A stretch of DNA of 64,000 bases from Octopus sinensis (lineage: Eukaryota): contig NC_042998.1 in NCBI RefSeq assembly GCF_006345805.1, forward strand, positions 38,254,001 through 38,318,000, read 5' to 3'. Below are positions 1 through 13,073 of the stretch, piece by piece. The notes under the pieces were generated by a model. It was not told the DNA's origin. It did no database searches and saw only the letters and a list, made by a program, of their open reading frames with translations. Both the position numbers and the translations under genes were made by a program. Each line of letters opens with the position of its first letter. Within the stretch, counting starts at the first letter, position 1.

Positions 1-1284
1 CTCCATTAACCCACTAAGCTGCTAACTGATTCCACGTTCTTCATTGTGCTTTAGTATAATTGCTTGCGCGTTTGTCTTTACCCACAGAAATTAAATACAA
101 ATAAATTTAGTATCAGCTAACAAAAGAAAATTATAAAGAAATTCATTTGACTAGCATATCAGTACAGATCTAATTGTTATACAGACGTTATGCGAGAATG
201 CTTTTCGCCTGAATCTCAAATAAATTTTCTATATTATATTTCATTCAAAAATAATTTTTACCCTTGAGTAACAAAATAATGATTTCTTTGCAGTGTCGTG
301 TCACACCATATCTAAATTGTCGGCTTTTCTAATGAATCTATTATAATTAGGAAGAATTGGAACGCGTCGTACTTTCAAAGCAAGTGTCACATGACTTGGT
401 AGCATGCTATTGTTTTCTTAGTGGGAAATGATTAAAGGAAAGTCATTAACTGATTTTAATTTCTGATATAAAAGTATAAATTACAATTTGTTTAAAATAG
501 ATAAGGCATCGTTTCAACTCCCTTTATTGAACTGGCGGAACTAGTGTTTATTTCCTCTCAGCCCGAGACTACTAGAGCACGTGTTTCAATCGGTAACAAA
601 TTATGTCAATAATTAAGTAAATAAAGATTGGATAACGAAGAGGTAAATTAAATGACTTGGTCAATGAGATTCACTTTCCTATTCTTATTTTCCTAGTTTG
701 CCAATAAAGCATTTAAATCTTTCTAATAATGCGATCTAAACTTTAGATCAGCAAAATCTTTTCAACTAATTATTATAAATTGGGTTTTTCTTTTAAATTA
801 TTTTGCATAAAAGAACTTTACCTCGGATATAACTCGTCGAATAGTACCTAAACACTTCAGTTAGCATATTTTTACAAAATTGATTCTTTCCACCATTATT
901 TGGCGATTATTTCTATTTCCTCACATTCATTTACCTTCAACGTATGTTCCGAATTTCATTTTTCGAACCACACCTTATCACTATTTGTCAATTCATACAT
1001 GATTTACAAGTCAAGTGAATGAAACACAAATACAATTTTCGTCCATTATTTACTCAATTCTCCCTGTAATGGTAAATTGCGTTTGCATCGTCATTAGTGA
1101 ATTTGCTGTTCAGCAATAAAAAATAATGATAGTTATGTATCGTTGTATTGTGCTATAAGAATATACAGCTGAAGAATCTATTCGTATGGGTTACTGGAAT
1201 GATTTCGTTGTACTATGTCTTATGCATTAAAAATTTACCGACTCAGTTATTTTCAATTCTTTTACAATATGATGGCACATTATT

Positions 1285-1340
<56 letters not shown>

Positions 1341-1451
1341 TACATGGAAAGAAAAAGATATATGAAAACAAATTTACTGAGAAACAATAAATTTTCGACT
1401 ATATCACAGTTAATGAATTCAAATATCATATTATTGATCAATTTTCAACCA

Positions 1452-1590
1452 ACTCCGTATCAGTATTCGATTTTTGGTTGGCCCCAAGATAGACTACAAG
1501 ACACTTGCCCAAATCAGCACGCTATGGGACTGAACCCAAGACCATATGGTTAGGAAGCAAGCGTCTTACCACAAAGCCATGCCTACACCT
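1452..1590 (-). mobile_element. SINE family a, 5' fragment
   Basis: agacacttgcccaa..gggactgaacccaagaccatatggtt..cttaccacaaagcc matches the head of family a. Confidence 0.65.
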
Positions 1591-1729
1591 GTTTCCATAT
1601 ATATATATATATATATTTAATCATGTCAAAAGGAAATGGAATTTAATTAAAATTTTAAAAAATTTAATCAACATTTACATTTCCAGTGGTTTAACGTGTA
1701 AAAAAATTTAGTCAAAAAGAATATATATT

Positions 1730-1895
1730 AGTTATACGATATAGTGTATATTTAAACACATAAGGAATCCACTTATAGGCATTCTACACGCTAGAAAGAA
1801 CAGATAGGTTCTGTACCCTAGCTGTTCTTTCTAGCGTGTAGAATCCCTATAAGTGGATTCCTTATGTGTTTAAATATACACTATAGCGTATGACT
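1730..1895. repeat. Fold-back inverted repeat, ~70-bp arms
   Basis: 1735-1803 versus 1822-1890 with 2 mismatches. It abuts (TA)n, and a second 28-bp pair lies at 1923-1950 / 1983-2010. Confidence 0.85.
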
Positions 1896-1931
<36 letters not shown>

Positions 1932-2080
1932 TATATTAATTAGAGACAAAACCACTATTATGCAAATCAAACAAAGAAAGACTTTGTCTCTAATTAATAT
2001 AATATAATATTTTACTATAAAATTGGATTCAATCCTAAATCTGATTTTTCCCTGTAAATTTGGATTTATTCCCTACTATT

Positions 2081-2181
<101 letters not shown>

Positions 2182-2859
2182 TGTATGTATGTATGTATGT
2201 ATGTATGAAGAGAGGTAGAGAGAGAGGACGAACCGAGAAAGTGGGAGCAAAGAAGTAAGAAGTGAGACACACACGATTTTTGTTTTCTTTCAGATTTGTT
2301 GAGATAAGTGTAAACGTCTTGAGAGGGAGGTATCTCTAAGAACTGTCCTCTTGGAATTGCATGGTTAAAGTAATATTTAAAAAAAGAAATCTTGTGAAAC
2401 ATTTGGAAACCAAATTTGTATTCCCTGAACACGCTGAAACGGAGTCTAGTACACAAAAGATACTTAGGTCCCTCCATTCTATGAAGGTCTTATGAATTTT
2501 AATTTGAATAGCAAATTCTTCAATCTTCATTCATATAGTACCTAGAAATTCAAAGTGTTTGCGTTAATTCATGTGACAAGCATACTTACCTCTCACAAGC
2601 ATTCAGACTTTCCTATGAGCTTGGAAATAAATCGTCTGATATATGGATGACCGCAAACTTTGTCGTTTCTTACCTCTAAACACCAAATATATTTAGTAAG
2701 GGTATTGATACACAGTTTGTAATGAATACATGTACAGTTTTAATTGTGAACAGAGCTCCAAATATTAAATCTGATGTTATAAATCTACCGCAAGATGATA
2801 TCATTAGACAGCTGAGAGGTAATGAAGGAGACAAGTACGAAGTGGTATTGTGGGAGGAC

Positions 2860-3460
2860 TAGGTTCTTTTTCACTTCAAAAGAAATAAAAAAGAAAGTCT
2901 CCAAAAAATACAAGAGTACAATAGAAAGATTAAGAAGATACTCGAAACAAATAAACGGAAGAAATGTCATGAAACAACAATCCATGGGTCATGAAAGAGA
3001 AAGTGATGGGATTTGGTTAAATGCAGACGACATCAGTCATGCAATATTGGTTATGAAAACTGATTTTGTATATAGTGAAGCAAAGATGCTATGTGCTGCC
3101 ACAAATATCGAAGAAGCCTCTGAAATATTGAGGATTTTGAAAAACGGGAAAAAAAGGAAGAAAAATAGTTGGAATGTGAAGGAATTACGTGGTCAACTTC
3201 TGCAACAAACTGAGTATGTTGAGAATGAAGAGCAGTGGTTGTGACTGTCATATGAAAACCTGTAACACGAAACTAAGTCGCTGGTTATAGCTGCTCAAGT
3301 ATAAATCATAATAACGAATACGATAAGAACGAGGATTTATAAATTCAAGCAAAGAACAAATAAAGAATCTGTTGTAAAGGGACGCAAGTATTAACCAGTG
3401 AGTGCAATAAGCTAACTCAGAAAGAATATATACGCAAATATAACTACAGCAAACGGTCTC
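2860..3460 (+). pseudogene. Decayed R4/Dong-like non-LTR retrotransposon fragment (post-RT region)
   Basis: Translation with stops and frameshifts gives KQINGRN, KELRGQL..QTE..W, ETKSLVIAAQ and SECNKLTQKEY, matching the LHGQ / ETE..IAAQ / C..LAQKEY..RH series of R4/Dong proteins. Confidence 0.65.
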
Positions 3461-3522
3461 ATTGAGATTTTACCAGAGTTTTGAGATGTTACCTAAGCAC
3501 GAGTTCGATGTTGTGATGTTGA

Positions 3523-4632
3523 TTAAATGCTTTTGATTCTTCAAAAGCATTTAATAAAGTGTTCGATTCTGTAGATAGGTACAAGATGTTTGAAATCCTT
3601 AAGCTCTATGGGACACCAGACAAAATCATTTCTGCCATCAAGGTCCTCTACACAGATACGTCTTCAACCATCTTAACCCCTGACAGAGAAACATCATCTT
3701 TCTCAATCAAAGCCGGAATACTGCAGGGAGACACACTTGCCCCATTTCTTTTCATCATTGTTGTTGATTATGTGCTACGTATGTCAGTTGATACCATCTC
3801 TGGCAAGGGCTTTGAAATAAAACCAAGAAGAAGTTCCAGACACCCAGCTGAGTACTTGACAGACACTGACTTTGCTGACGACATCGCTCTTATCAGTGAT
3901 TCTCTCTCCAATGCCCAGTCTCTTTTACAATCTCTTGAACAAGCCTCAAATTGTATAGGTCTTTACCTCAATGAGGTCAAGACTGAATACATAAACAAGT
4001 GCCTATCCAACAGTGATTACATCATCCATACTCTCAACAATGCCCCCTTAAATATGGTTTCTGATTACAAATATCTTGGGTCATACATATCATCATCTGG
4101 AAAAGACTTTCTAACTAGAAAGGGTATGGCCTGGTCAGCCTGTAATGACATGCATAAGATCTGGTCATCAAATCTAAGTAGAGACTTCGAACTTGAAATC
4201 TTCAAAGCCACAGTCGAACCAATTCTACTATATGGCTCAGAAACCTGGACGTTATCAAAGAAGCTTGAGAGGCGGTTGGATGGAACCTACACTCGCCTCC
4301 TTATGAGAGCTCAAAATCTCTCGTGGAAGCGCCATCCAACCAAAATGCAAATATATGGGAAACTACCACCTGTGTCATCTCTTGTGAAAGGTAAGAGAGT
4401 CCAGTTTCCTGGACATTGTTGTAGAGCTGAAAAAGAGGTAATTTCTACTCTTCTCCTCTGGAAGCCATCTACCCGCAATACCAGAGGGCGCACACTCTCC
4501 TACCCTGATGTAATCTCCAGGGATACAGGCATCCAGCAACAGGACCTCCATAATGCCATGATAGACCGTGAAGTCTGGCGTAGCATGGTAAATTCCATTG
4601 TCTCCACCACGGTCGTACAATGATGATGATGA
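3523..4632 (+). mobile_element. 5'-truncated RTE-group LINE with (TGA)n tail and candidate 11-bp TSD
   Basis: RT ORF ends directly in tgatgatgatga. TGTGATGTTGA occurs at 3512-3522 and 4633-4643. Confidence 0.85.
3559..4623 (+). CDS. Non-LTR retrotransposon RT, C-terminal half (5'-truncated)
   Basis: 354 aa without a stop: (KAF)..FDSVDR, GILQGDTLAPFLF, DFADDIAL, GLYLNEVKTE, YKYLGSYI, ILLYGSETW, DREVWR. GTG is not a real start. Confidence 0.9.
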   Translation: MFDSVDRYKMFEILKLYGTPDKIISAIKVLYTDTSSTILTPDRETSSFSIKAGILQGDTLAPFLFIIVVDYVLRMSVDTISGKGFEIKPRRSSRHPAEYLTDTDFADDIALISDSLSNAQSLLQSLEQASNCIGLYLNEVKTEYINKCLSNSDYIIHTLNNAPLNMVSDYKYLGSYISSSGKDFLTRKGMAWSACNDMHKIWSSNLSRDFELEIFKATVEPILLYGSETWTLSKKLERRLDGTYTRLLMRAQNLSWKRHPTKMQIYGKLPPVSSLVKGKRVQFPGHCCRAEKEVISTLLLWKPSTRNTRGRTLSYPDVISRDTGIQQQDLHNAMIDREVWRSMVNSIVSTTVVQ

Positions 4633-6729
4633 TGTGATGTTGAATATTAATTGAAGGATTATATGTGATTTTTAAAAATAGAAACTGACCAATGGATGAG
4701 ATATCATTACCGCCGTAGAGGACAGAAAGTAACAATTTGAATAAAATCATAAAATTTGCGATAATATATGATAAATAGAGTAGATATGGAAGAAATTGAA
4801 CAACTTTAATTATATGTTTATCAAGGTTTTCGCGGGAAACAACAGAATTATTTAGACAATTCGCTCTTTTTATCTGGAAGGTAATTTTTGATTCTCACTG
4901 TGAGGACTGATATTACCTTGATAGTTATTGTATCTATGCTCTTGTTAGTGCTGCCTACTGTTCTCAGTTATTTTCTCAGCATTTCCCTCAGGAGCATAAA
5001 AGATTATCACAGTATATCCTGCCTTAGTTAAAGCAGCAATATAATATTCTCTTTTCATTAAAAAAACATCTCTTCAGCTGATAACCTAGATTTCTAGATG
5101 AAACCCGACAAACCATGGCTTTGATCAGAGCCCTAATACGGCTGGAGATTTTGTTGACATTGTCGATTTTCATTTAGTTTGTAGTACGGATGATAATGTT
5201 TAGTACCGCGGCCCAATATTATGCCCAGAAAGTTTGATTATTATTTTCAAAACAATTTCTATTTTCCTCTAGTACTACATTACTACATTTATTGAACGTG
5301 AACAGAGCGTTGTTTCTATAAAGACTGCCACTCCATTTACAGAAGCTCCTTATCGATACGGTATAAAATATAAATATCCACTCTATCTGTCTCGTCTGCT
5401 GAGTCACTTGATTCAATATCAAAATTCTAGAACCTGTCTTTCCTATTCTAGTCTCTACCCTCGAATCCAATGATCGTTTTCCTATCCACTAATATTGTAT
5501 CCGTTTCGTGCTTAGTTGTGAATTTAGGAAGAATAAGAGCACCGTTGAGAAGAGTGGGAGTAATGGAAGAGTGATAGAGAGAGATATCTATTTATAGTAA
5601 TATTTATATTAATAAGCATTGTAGTTTTATGTCCTTCAACTAATCGATTACTTCGAAGGAGTTCCATCGACGAAATTATTTTGATGGGGAAATACTTATG
5701 TTCATAACTCACGAACCACGCCACTCCACTTCCAGCACAGCGTATGCTTGTAGGAAAGTCTGAAAATCAACCATGCTAACTGTAAGGTTTGATGAGTATG
5801 CTAGAGACGAAAACTGTTTCATTAATTAATTGATTTCTTACTTACTTACGTACTTAATTAATTAATTAATTAATTAATTAATCACTGTATTGATTTACAT
5901 AAATTTTATATGAAGAAATCAATGTGTATATTGCTGAAATAGTTCTTCTAGCCACTCAAAAATATCCGAAACTTAAATAAGATTATGTAAGAATATCGTT
6001 TTCATTTTTTTTTTTTTTTGTCTGACTACAGGAGATGTTGGTTCGCGTCCCATGAGCGGCCTTCGATTTATTTTTATTTATCCAAAATGGTTTTACTACG
6101 CAACATTTGCTTGCTATTATTTACAGCTTTATGTGCTTCGAAATTGACTGTTCCATAAAAGTTTGTGTGCGTGTGTGAGAAGGTACACGGTCTCGTGCGT
6201 CTTGCACTCACGATCGTTAGATTGTGGGTTCGAATCACGTACCGGGCGGTGCGTTTGTTCTTGAGCAAAGCATTTCCTTTCGCGTTGTTCCCGTCCTCTC
6301 AGCTGGGTGGCGGAATAGTCTACCGGTCAAGGGGCATGTTGACTTGTTGGTCTGCTGGCCTAGCCAGCGGCGTGGCGTCATTCGAAAGTTAGAAAGACCC
6401 AAAATGTTCGCAGTATATATTGTTGAATAACCGCAATCATAGACAAAGTTTGTTTGGCTAGCACAAAGTAGATAAATGATCGATAAAGTTTATTTATCAG
6501 AGCATCCAATACAAGTACTTCCATATTGCCACTATAAAACTCCAGTACATAGCAACGGAAGTTGCTAATTGTGCGATGATAAATCCGTGGGTGTAGGGAA
6601 TATATATTTCGAACGGGAATTTGGCAGCACCACCTCTAGCCGAGCAATTATGCTGTGCTGATGAAGAGAAATAACCCAGAAATCGCGATACGCAGATATT
6701 GTTTTGAGCTAAGTGGGGGTGCTAGATTC

Positions 6730-7080
6730 CCTTGTTCGAAAAAAATATATAAGAACACAGATCGTGTCGTATAGCCAGCTGGAGACGATGTCTCGTGGGG
6801 CTAAACCCATGGAAAACGAACTTCCACCAACTCTTCTGCCAATAGTCCGTGTAAACCTCTCAATGCAATGTATGTCAGAAGGTCTGCAAATCTAACAGGG
6901 GCCTCAAAAGACATTTTAAGACCTACAAAGATCAGAACATAACTGCAGCTCTCGGTGGTTCAAATCGGATATGCAGTCTTTGTTATTGTCTGGTTTAAAA
7001 AGTCACATCAGATGCCATGATGGTTCTAAGATGTAGGTACAGGAGGTGATCAAATTCTGCATAAGGAGTAGACAACCACC
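6730..7080 (+). mobile_element. 3' end of an RTE (BovB-like) LINE with two C2H2-type fingers, decayed
   Basis: DRVV* remnant, then QCNVCQKVCKSNRGLKRHFKTY (~6850-6925) and, after a frameshift, ICSLC..SGLKSHIRCH. Ends against (TA)n. Confidence 0.65.
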
Positions 7081-7084
<4 letters not shown>

Positions 7085-7124
<40 letters not shown>

Positions 7125-7358
7125 ATGTGTAAAATACAAATTGGGTCAAGAACACAAAATATCCAGATAGACGATACAAAGAAAACAAGGACAGGTCATT
7201 CGAAGATTTCTTTCCTCAGTCAAGCACCAGATTATCCTCGCAATTTCGGCTGATTATACTTGAGATTGCTCCAATCTGGCCAGCCCCGAGGAAAAACTAA
7301 GCTAAGAGCATTAGATTCCTTGGAAGAAAGCAGCGAATGTATACAAAACAAGGACAGG

Positions 7359-7424
<66 letters not shown>

Positions 7425-7990
7425 CGGCGTACATACACTTTGGTCTCTTATATGTAAGTATACATTTTTCTAAATCTTGTACGACTCTATATCTGTCTAT
7501 CATCCCTTTCGCGCTTGTTCGTTCATTCCGATCTTCTTTCTTTCGTTCCCCATCTCTCACATTTCTTTGCCTTCTCTTCTTGCTCACTTTCCCTCCACTT
7601 TTCACTTCACTGTGTCCCTGTCATTTTTTCTCGCCCCTTCTTAATTCTTCTGTCCGTCTGCTTCTACTTCTCTCTCTTCTCTTCCCACGTGACCGGATTT
7701 CGGCCAAGCCTTTTCTTTCTTTCTTCGTCTGGCCGTTGTCCGTGCAACATCGATGTTCCTCCCTGTGTTTGTCAAATCTTGTATCTCTGCCGTAAGGCTT
7801 CATTTCTACACACGCCAGATTAATTTAATTCGTCCTTAGTCGAAACACACCTGTTATTATTTTTATTGTATTTGTGTAACGTCCGTTTTTTCCGTCCTTG
7901 TTTTTGTATACATTTACTGCTTTCTTCCAAGGAATCTAATGCTCTTAGCTTAGTTTTTCCTTGGAACTGGCCATATTGGAGCAATCTCAA

Positions 7991-7995
<5 letters not shown>
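7085..7995. mobile_element. Composite of (TA)n-linked repeat modules in inverted orientation, probably PLE-derived
   Basis: 7255-7357 (-) and 7894-7995 (+) share ttcttccaaggaatctaatgctcttagcttagtttttcc..ggagcaatctcaag, and each abuts (TA)n. Confidence 0.55.
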
Positions 7996-8026
<31 letters not shown>

Positions 8027-9599
8027 AATATTCAGGATTCAAAAGGAATCAGGTATTTAAATTAGAGGCACCAGGTAGGGTCGAAATCAACTCCTAAATA
8101 CCACCTTTGGTCGAATAAATAACATTGATACCGAAGTAGATTCAGGGAAATATTCAGGTTATGTATTCAGAGAATTCAATCCTTATGAGTGTTTTAATAG
8201 CGTAAGGGTTACTTCAAAAGTGTATGTTGCAATGGGCGTCCGTTATTGGGCATACTCCAGAATATCCGACGGGTCGGGATTCCAGTGAAGTGTATTATGA
8301 ACAAATAATTAAATACCAAAACGATGGATAAGCGTCACTTCATTACAGCTGTCTCCAGCGGATTTCTTTAATAGATTAATACGTATATTACATCATAACT
8401 AAAAATAACGCTTTCATTATATGATAGATAACATTTCAAAACAATATAAGGACAACACTTTACCACGGTTGGCCAGTCGAACTTGATTCCAGCCAAAGCT
8501 GGCTTGGAATGAAAGAAACAGCAAAGCTGGGACGATATTAAGAGGTCAGTTGTGAGTGGGGCTTTCAAAGGATTTATAGCTTCAGGGCAGTTAGTGTGCA
8601 TGTTAGTAGTGGAAGAGACATATTTACAGAAGAGATAGAAGAAAAGAGAGACAGGTTGTTATATAAAGGGGTATTTGACAAGAGACGTAAACATTGCCAT
8701 GCGTATGAACCAGGCTCTTATATAGTCTCTGAAAAATAAATTACACCATCTTCAGTTTAAATGCAATAGAATGTTTATATTCAACTAAATTATGATGATA
8801 AATAATTATTTAAACCATTTTCAATAATATCCATATATAAGTTCTGTATGTTTATCGCCTTTCTCTATAATCAATACTTCGCATTGACTGCTGCGTGGGA
8901 TTCTGTCTGATATTGAGTTTCGTTACTTCATTAATGTGAGATGGGTTATCAATAATTCCTCCCACGTAGTCGTTGAAGTCAATATCTTCCTGAAATATCT
9001 GTGTTTTTGATAACAAGGAATTTAACTAAGAGATATTGTGAAATGAACTACTGCTGCATACATTTTTTTCTGTTTAGCTTTTTATACGTATGTGTTCTGG
9101 GTAAAAGACTGCTGGAAACATTTTCTGAATTCCATTCGCATCCGAAAATCAACTGGGTTAATGTTTTTAAATTTGTGATTCTTCGAAGCTGATAAATACT
9201 TCAATAGAGATCGTACTGAATATCACCAGGTCACGTTAATTTGATTAAGATTATATATTTATCATTGATACAAGGATCGAATTTCTCAATCCTATTGGGA
9301 AGTACTTTAGCTTAAAATAATGTTTCTGTTACTTCTCTAGTAAATCAAGATGTGTACGAAGAAGTTCATGAACAAAATATCGCACTAAAGTAATTGTATT
9401 ATATGCTGTCTGTTTCAATAATATTCACCTTCAACAGTAAACATCCAATAAAGTCATCTCTGCAGAAATATGGAAGAGATCTCTGGATCTAATGTTGTTG
9501 TTTAAATATGGCTGGGATCAATAAATTTTGCACTGAATTTAACTTGTCGAATTCGCCTCATCCCATTGCCTCCGTAGGACATCTAATAGTATAGTAGCA

Positions 9600-9900
9600 C
9601 ATGAAGGAGCGTCACTTAGTTTTAAGGGTATTCGGCTCACAATCGTAAGGTCATGAGTTCGATTTCCGGCAGCTCATTGTGTCCTTGAGCAAGACACTTC
9701 ATTTCAAGTTGCTTCAGCCCAGTCAGCTGGCAACAATGAATGGTGCAGCTTGATCACATTCTATTCTCAGGCTGAATCTCCCTCCAAACTAAGGGTATAC
9801 GGGTTTGTGTTTGTGACGGGTAGAATATATTCCGTTGATCGGATCATTTGGCACCTCCGTCACTGGATTCGACCGAGTGCCATGTTTGTCAGAAGGTCGT
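9600..9900 (+). mobile_element. Old tRNA-headed SINE with a tgtgtccttgagcaagacactt central domain
   Basis: B-box-like gagttcgatttcc followed by the conserved central motif. A related decayed copy lies at ~6205-6390. Confidence 0.55.
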
Positions 9901-10215
9901 CATTCTCTGATGGCTTTCCTCATGTCAGCCTTACCTGTTCTTTTCTCTTGATATTGTTTTTTTTTATATATATATATTTTTACAATGCAGCAAGACCCTA
10001 CTCCGCATTTAATAACGCTACAATGCTGGCTTCGAGTCCTGCACTTTTATCCAGTTTCTACAATATTTCTTTGTTTATTTTCTCTCTTCTTAATTTATTT
10101 TACCAGACATTAGCAAGACAGAAGATTTCCGTGGTAATGCTGTTAGCTATTTCAGTATACTTCTTAAATTTTCCACATTTCCTATTGTTATTCTTACCTT
10201 CTCCTCACTTCTGCT

Positions 10216-10307
<92 letters not shown>

Positions 10308-10559
10308 TGCTGTTGCTATTGTTGTAATTGCTGTGGTAATGGTGGTAGCAGTGGTGATGGCAGCGACGGTGTTTGTGTGTGTGTGTGTATATATAAATCT
10401 TTTAAATGTTTCAACTTCAAAGCTGTAGTCATACTGTTATATATGAGAGGTATTGGTATCTAGAAGACCCAAAGAATGACAGGTAACGCATTAAGTGCTA
10501 TGGACATATCGTAGTTAAACTCTTGGTTCGATCGTGATGCGAGTGAGGAGTCTAATGTG

Positions 10560-10920
10560 GGTCTTGTATTAGCATGCAAATATATATATTAGACAAAATG
10601 CGATAACATAGATAAGGCTGAGGGGAGTTTTCAGGACATTTATAAGGAAAGAGATATAGATATCTTACAGCTCTTTCTGGGATATTATGGATATCCCTTC
10701 TTCAGAGACGATGTGAGATGGTTCAATAGAGGTAAATATTTGAGTTCGAAATAAATAATTATTATGGAAAAGGGGTCGATAGGGAATATAGAAAGAATAA
10801 GAAAATGAAATTAGAAATAAAAATATAAAATATATAAAGGTATTGTAGTTGCAGTTCCATTATTCGAGGAAAGTGGTGTATAGAAGTCGTAAAAAAGTTT
10901 CCTGTACATTGAAACTTTTA
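10560..10920 (-). mobile_element. PLE-like 3' end remnant with a hammerhead-like motif
   Basis: Minus 10662-10709 reads gtct CTGAAGA A GGGATA tccataa TATCCC A GAAA g AGCT GTA agat. It lies next to GIY-YIG remnants. Confidence 0.55.
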
Positions 10921-10959
10921 TATATATATATACATACATACGTATATGAGTGTGTGTCT

Positions 10960-11022
<63 letters not shown>

Positions 11023-11031
11023 TAAAATATA

Positions 11032-11326
11032 ACACAACCGGCACTCAAGTTCGGCGATATATTGGAACTACCTTTAAACGGCACCTGTACAACCACAGAT
11101 CCTCTTTTAGGGTTTTCATTAGGGTTTTAAAGTACTTATTTACAACACTCTTACACGTATTTCTGTGGCAATGTAAATTGATTAAGTAAAGAAAATCCTT
11201 AATAATATTTTATTCTGATTTTGTCGGATATGAAAGCCTAAAAGAGGATCTGTGGTTGTACAGGGGTCGCTTAAAGGTAGTTCCAACCGATCCAATATAT
11301 CGCCGAACTTGAGTGCTGGTTGTGTT
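11032..11326. mobile_element. PLE GIY-YIG fragment present as an inverted pair
   Basis: Minus 11237-11326 translates RRYIGSVGTTFKRPLYNHRSSFRL. Plus 11032-11111 is the same sequence with a 9-nt deletion between ttgga repeats. Confidence 0.7.
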
Positions 11327-12009
11327 CACGCCTCTGGTGTAGGAATTACAACCGTGTTTCGTGGTCTGCTACCACAACAGCTCCTTTATAGGATCCAGTT
11401 AGCTCAAGACATCATCAGGAGGAAACACGTCCGGTTTCGGCCCCTACTCCTCTACCGTTTTGACGTGGCGGGACCCTCCTTTCGGAGGTGTCTTTAGCTC
11501 TGGTGTTGGGTGCATGTCTTCTTTCTTCTGTTCCCTGGCCTCTTCGATGTATCGTCAGCGAGTGTCAGCCGGTGACTGACTGTCTTGTCAAATTTCTCCC
11601 TTTAAATACCTGCCGCATAGGCTCCAGCAAGCAGCCCCAGCAAGTTGTCACGTGACACTATCTCACCTTAACTGACGAGTGAAGGCGCATAGTTTTAGCC
11701 CGCGCTGTTCGCTCCGAGCCCGAAGTAGTTGTTGCTGTTGCTGTTGTTGGAGTTGTTATCGGTGACAATGCCATATTACCTTCAATGGTGTGTATATATT
11801 TCCATTGCACACTTCTTTGATTGGTTATTTTCCGCTACATGTCTATTCATTTTCAGTCAAGTGTTTTCTTTTTTATATGTTTTAATTTCATATAATATTT
11901 TGTTTGCGTCCTATTTGACCCTTAATCTTCCACGTGTTTGTATTTTGTATTTTGTCTCTCTATTTATCTGTCTCTGTACGTGTAAACATACAAACACACA
12001 CACAAACAT

Positions 12010-12010
12010 G

Positions 12011-12104
<94 letters not shown>

Positions 12105-12135
12105 TATATTGATAGAAAGAAAGATAGATAGATAC

Positions 12136-12180
<45 letters not shown>

Positions 12181-12210
12181 CAAACAGACAGACAGACAGA
12201 CATACAGGCC

Positions 12211-12309
<99 letters not shown>

Positions 12310-12318
12310 GGATAAAAA

Positions 12319-12384
<66 letters not shown>

Positions 12385-12393
12385 GGATAAAAA

Positions 12394-12472
<79 letters not shown>
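12010..12472 (+). repeat. Compound (GATA)n/(GACA)n microsatellite
   Basis: Directly visible. An internal ggataaaaaataga interruption occurs twice. Confidence 0.95.
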
Positions 12473-13073
12473 TGCATTCATGCGTCTGTACGTCTGAGTA
12501 GGTGTGCGCATGTGCGCTGATTTCGTCAGTCTTTTCTTTGGATGTGTAAATACATATTTTGATCTATTTATACATATCGCAGAATAAATAACTTCGATGT
12601 ATGCATACATGCAGCGAGATTGATTTATCGATTGATACAAATATTTACAGCTCGATAGAGAAAAAGATTATGTCTGCATGGGTTTGAATATTTCTTCACA
12701 TAAGGAGGCATTAGAAATTTCTTGAAATCTTCCGTTTTTCTTTATACAGTAAAATGCAAGGCACTTCATTGTATGAATTTATAAAATACGCAGTATAGAA
12801 TTTGTCAACTGATCAGAGGTTTGATTTTCCAATTTCCCAATTTCAGATAGTAATTTTTGATTTATGCAAAGCTTTGTTTTGCCTCTCCCCTTTCAAAATT
12901 TAGTTTGCCAATACCGAAATTTGATGAAGAATATACTGTAGAAAGAAATATTTTAAGCAACAGAAATGGTCTCTCCTAAATCTTTTTTAATTACCCTTCA
13001 TTTTTCGACAAATAATTCGTATATATTTAATGCTTATAATTGTTATTTCAATTCTCATTTATTTTGTGTACAT

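Noticed and set aside
9750-10463. 237-aa ORF
   Set aside because: Crosses a SINE tail, AT-rich filler and a (GTA)n tract; no coherent domain.
11665-11730. CTGACGA plus a hairpin resembling a hammerhead (+)
   Set aside because: No correctly placed GAAA, stem III or stem I.
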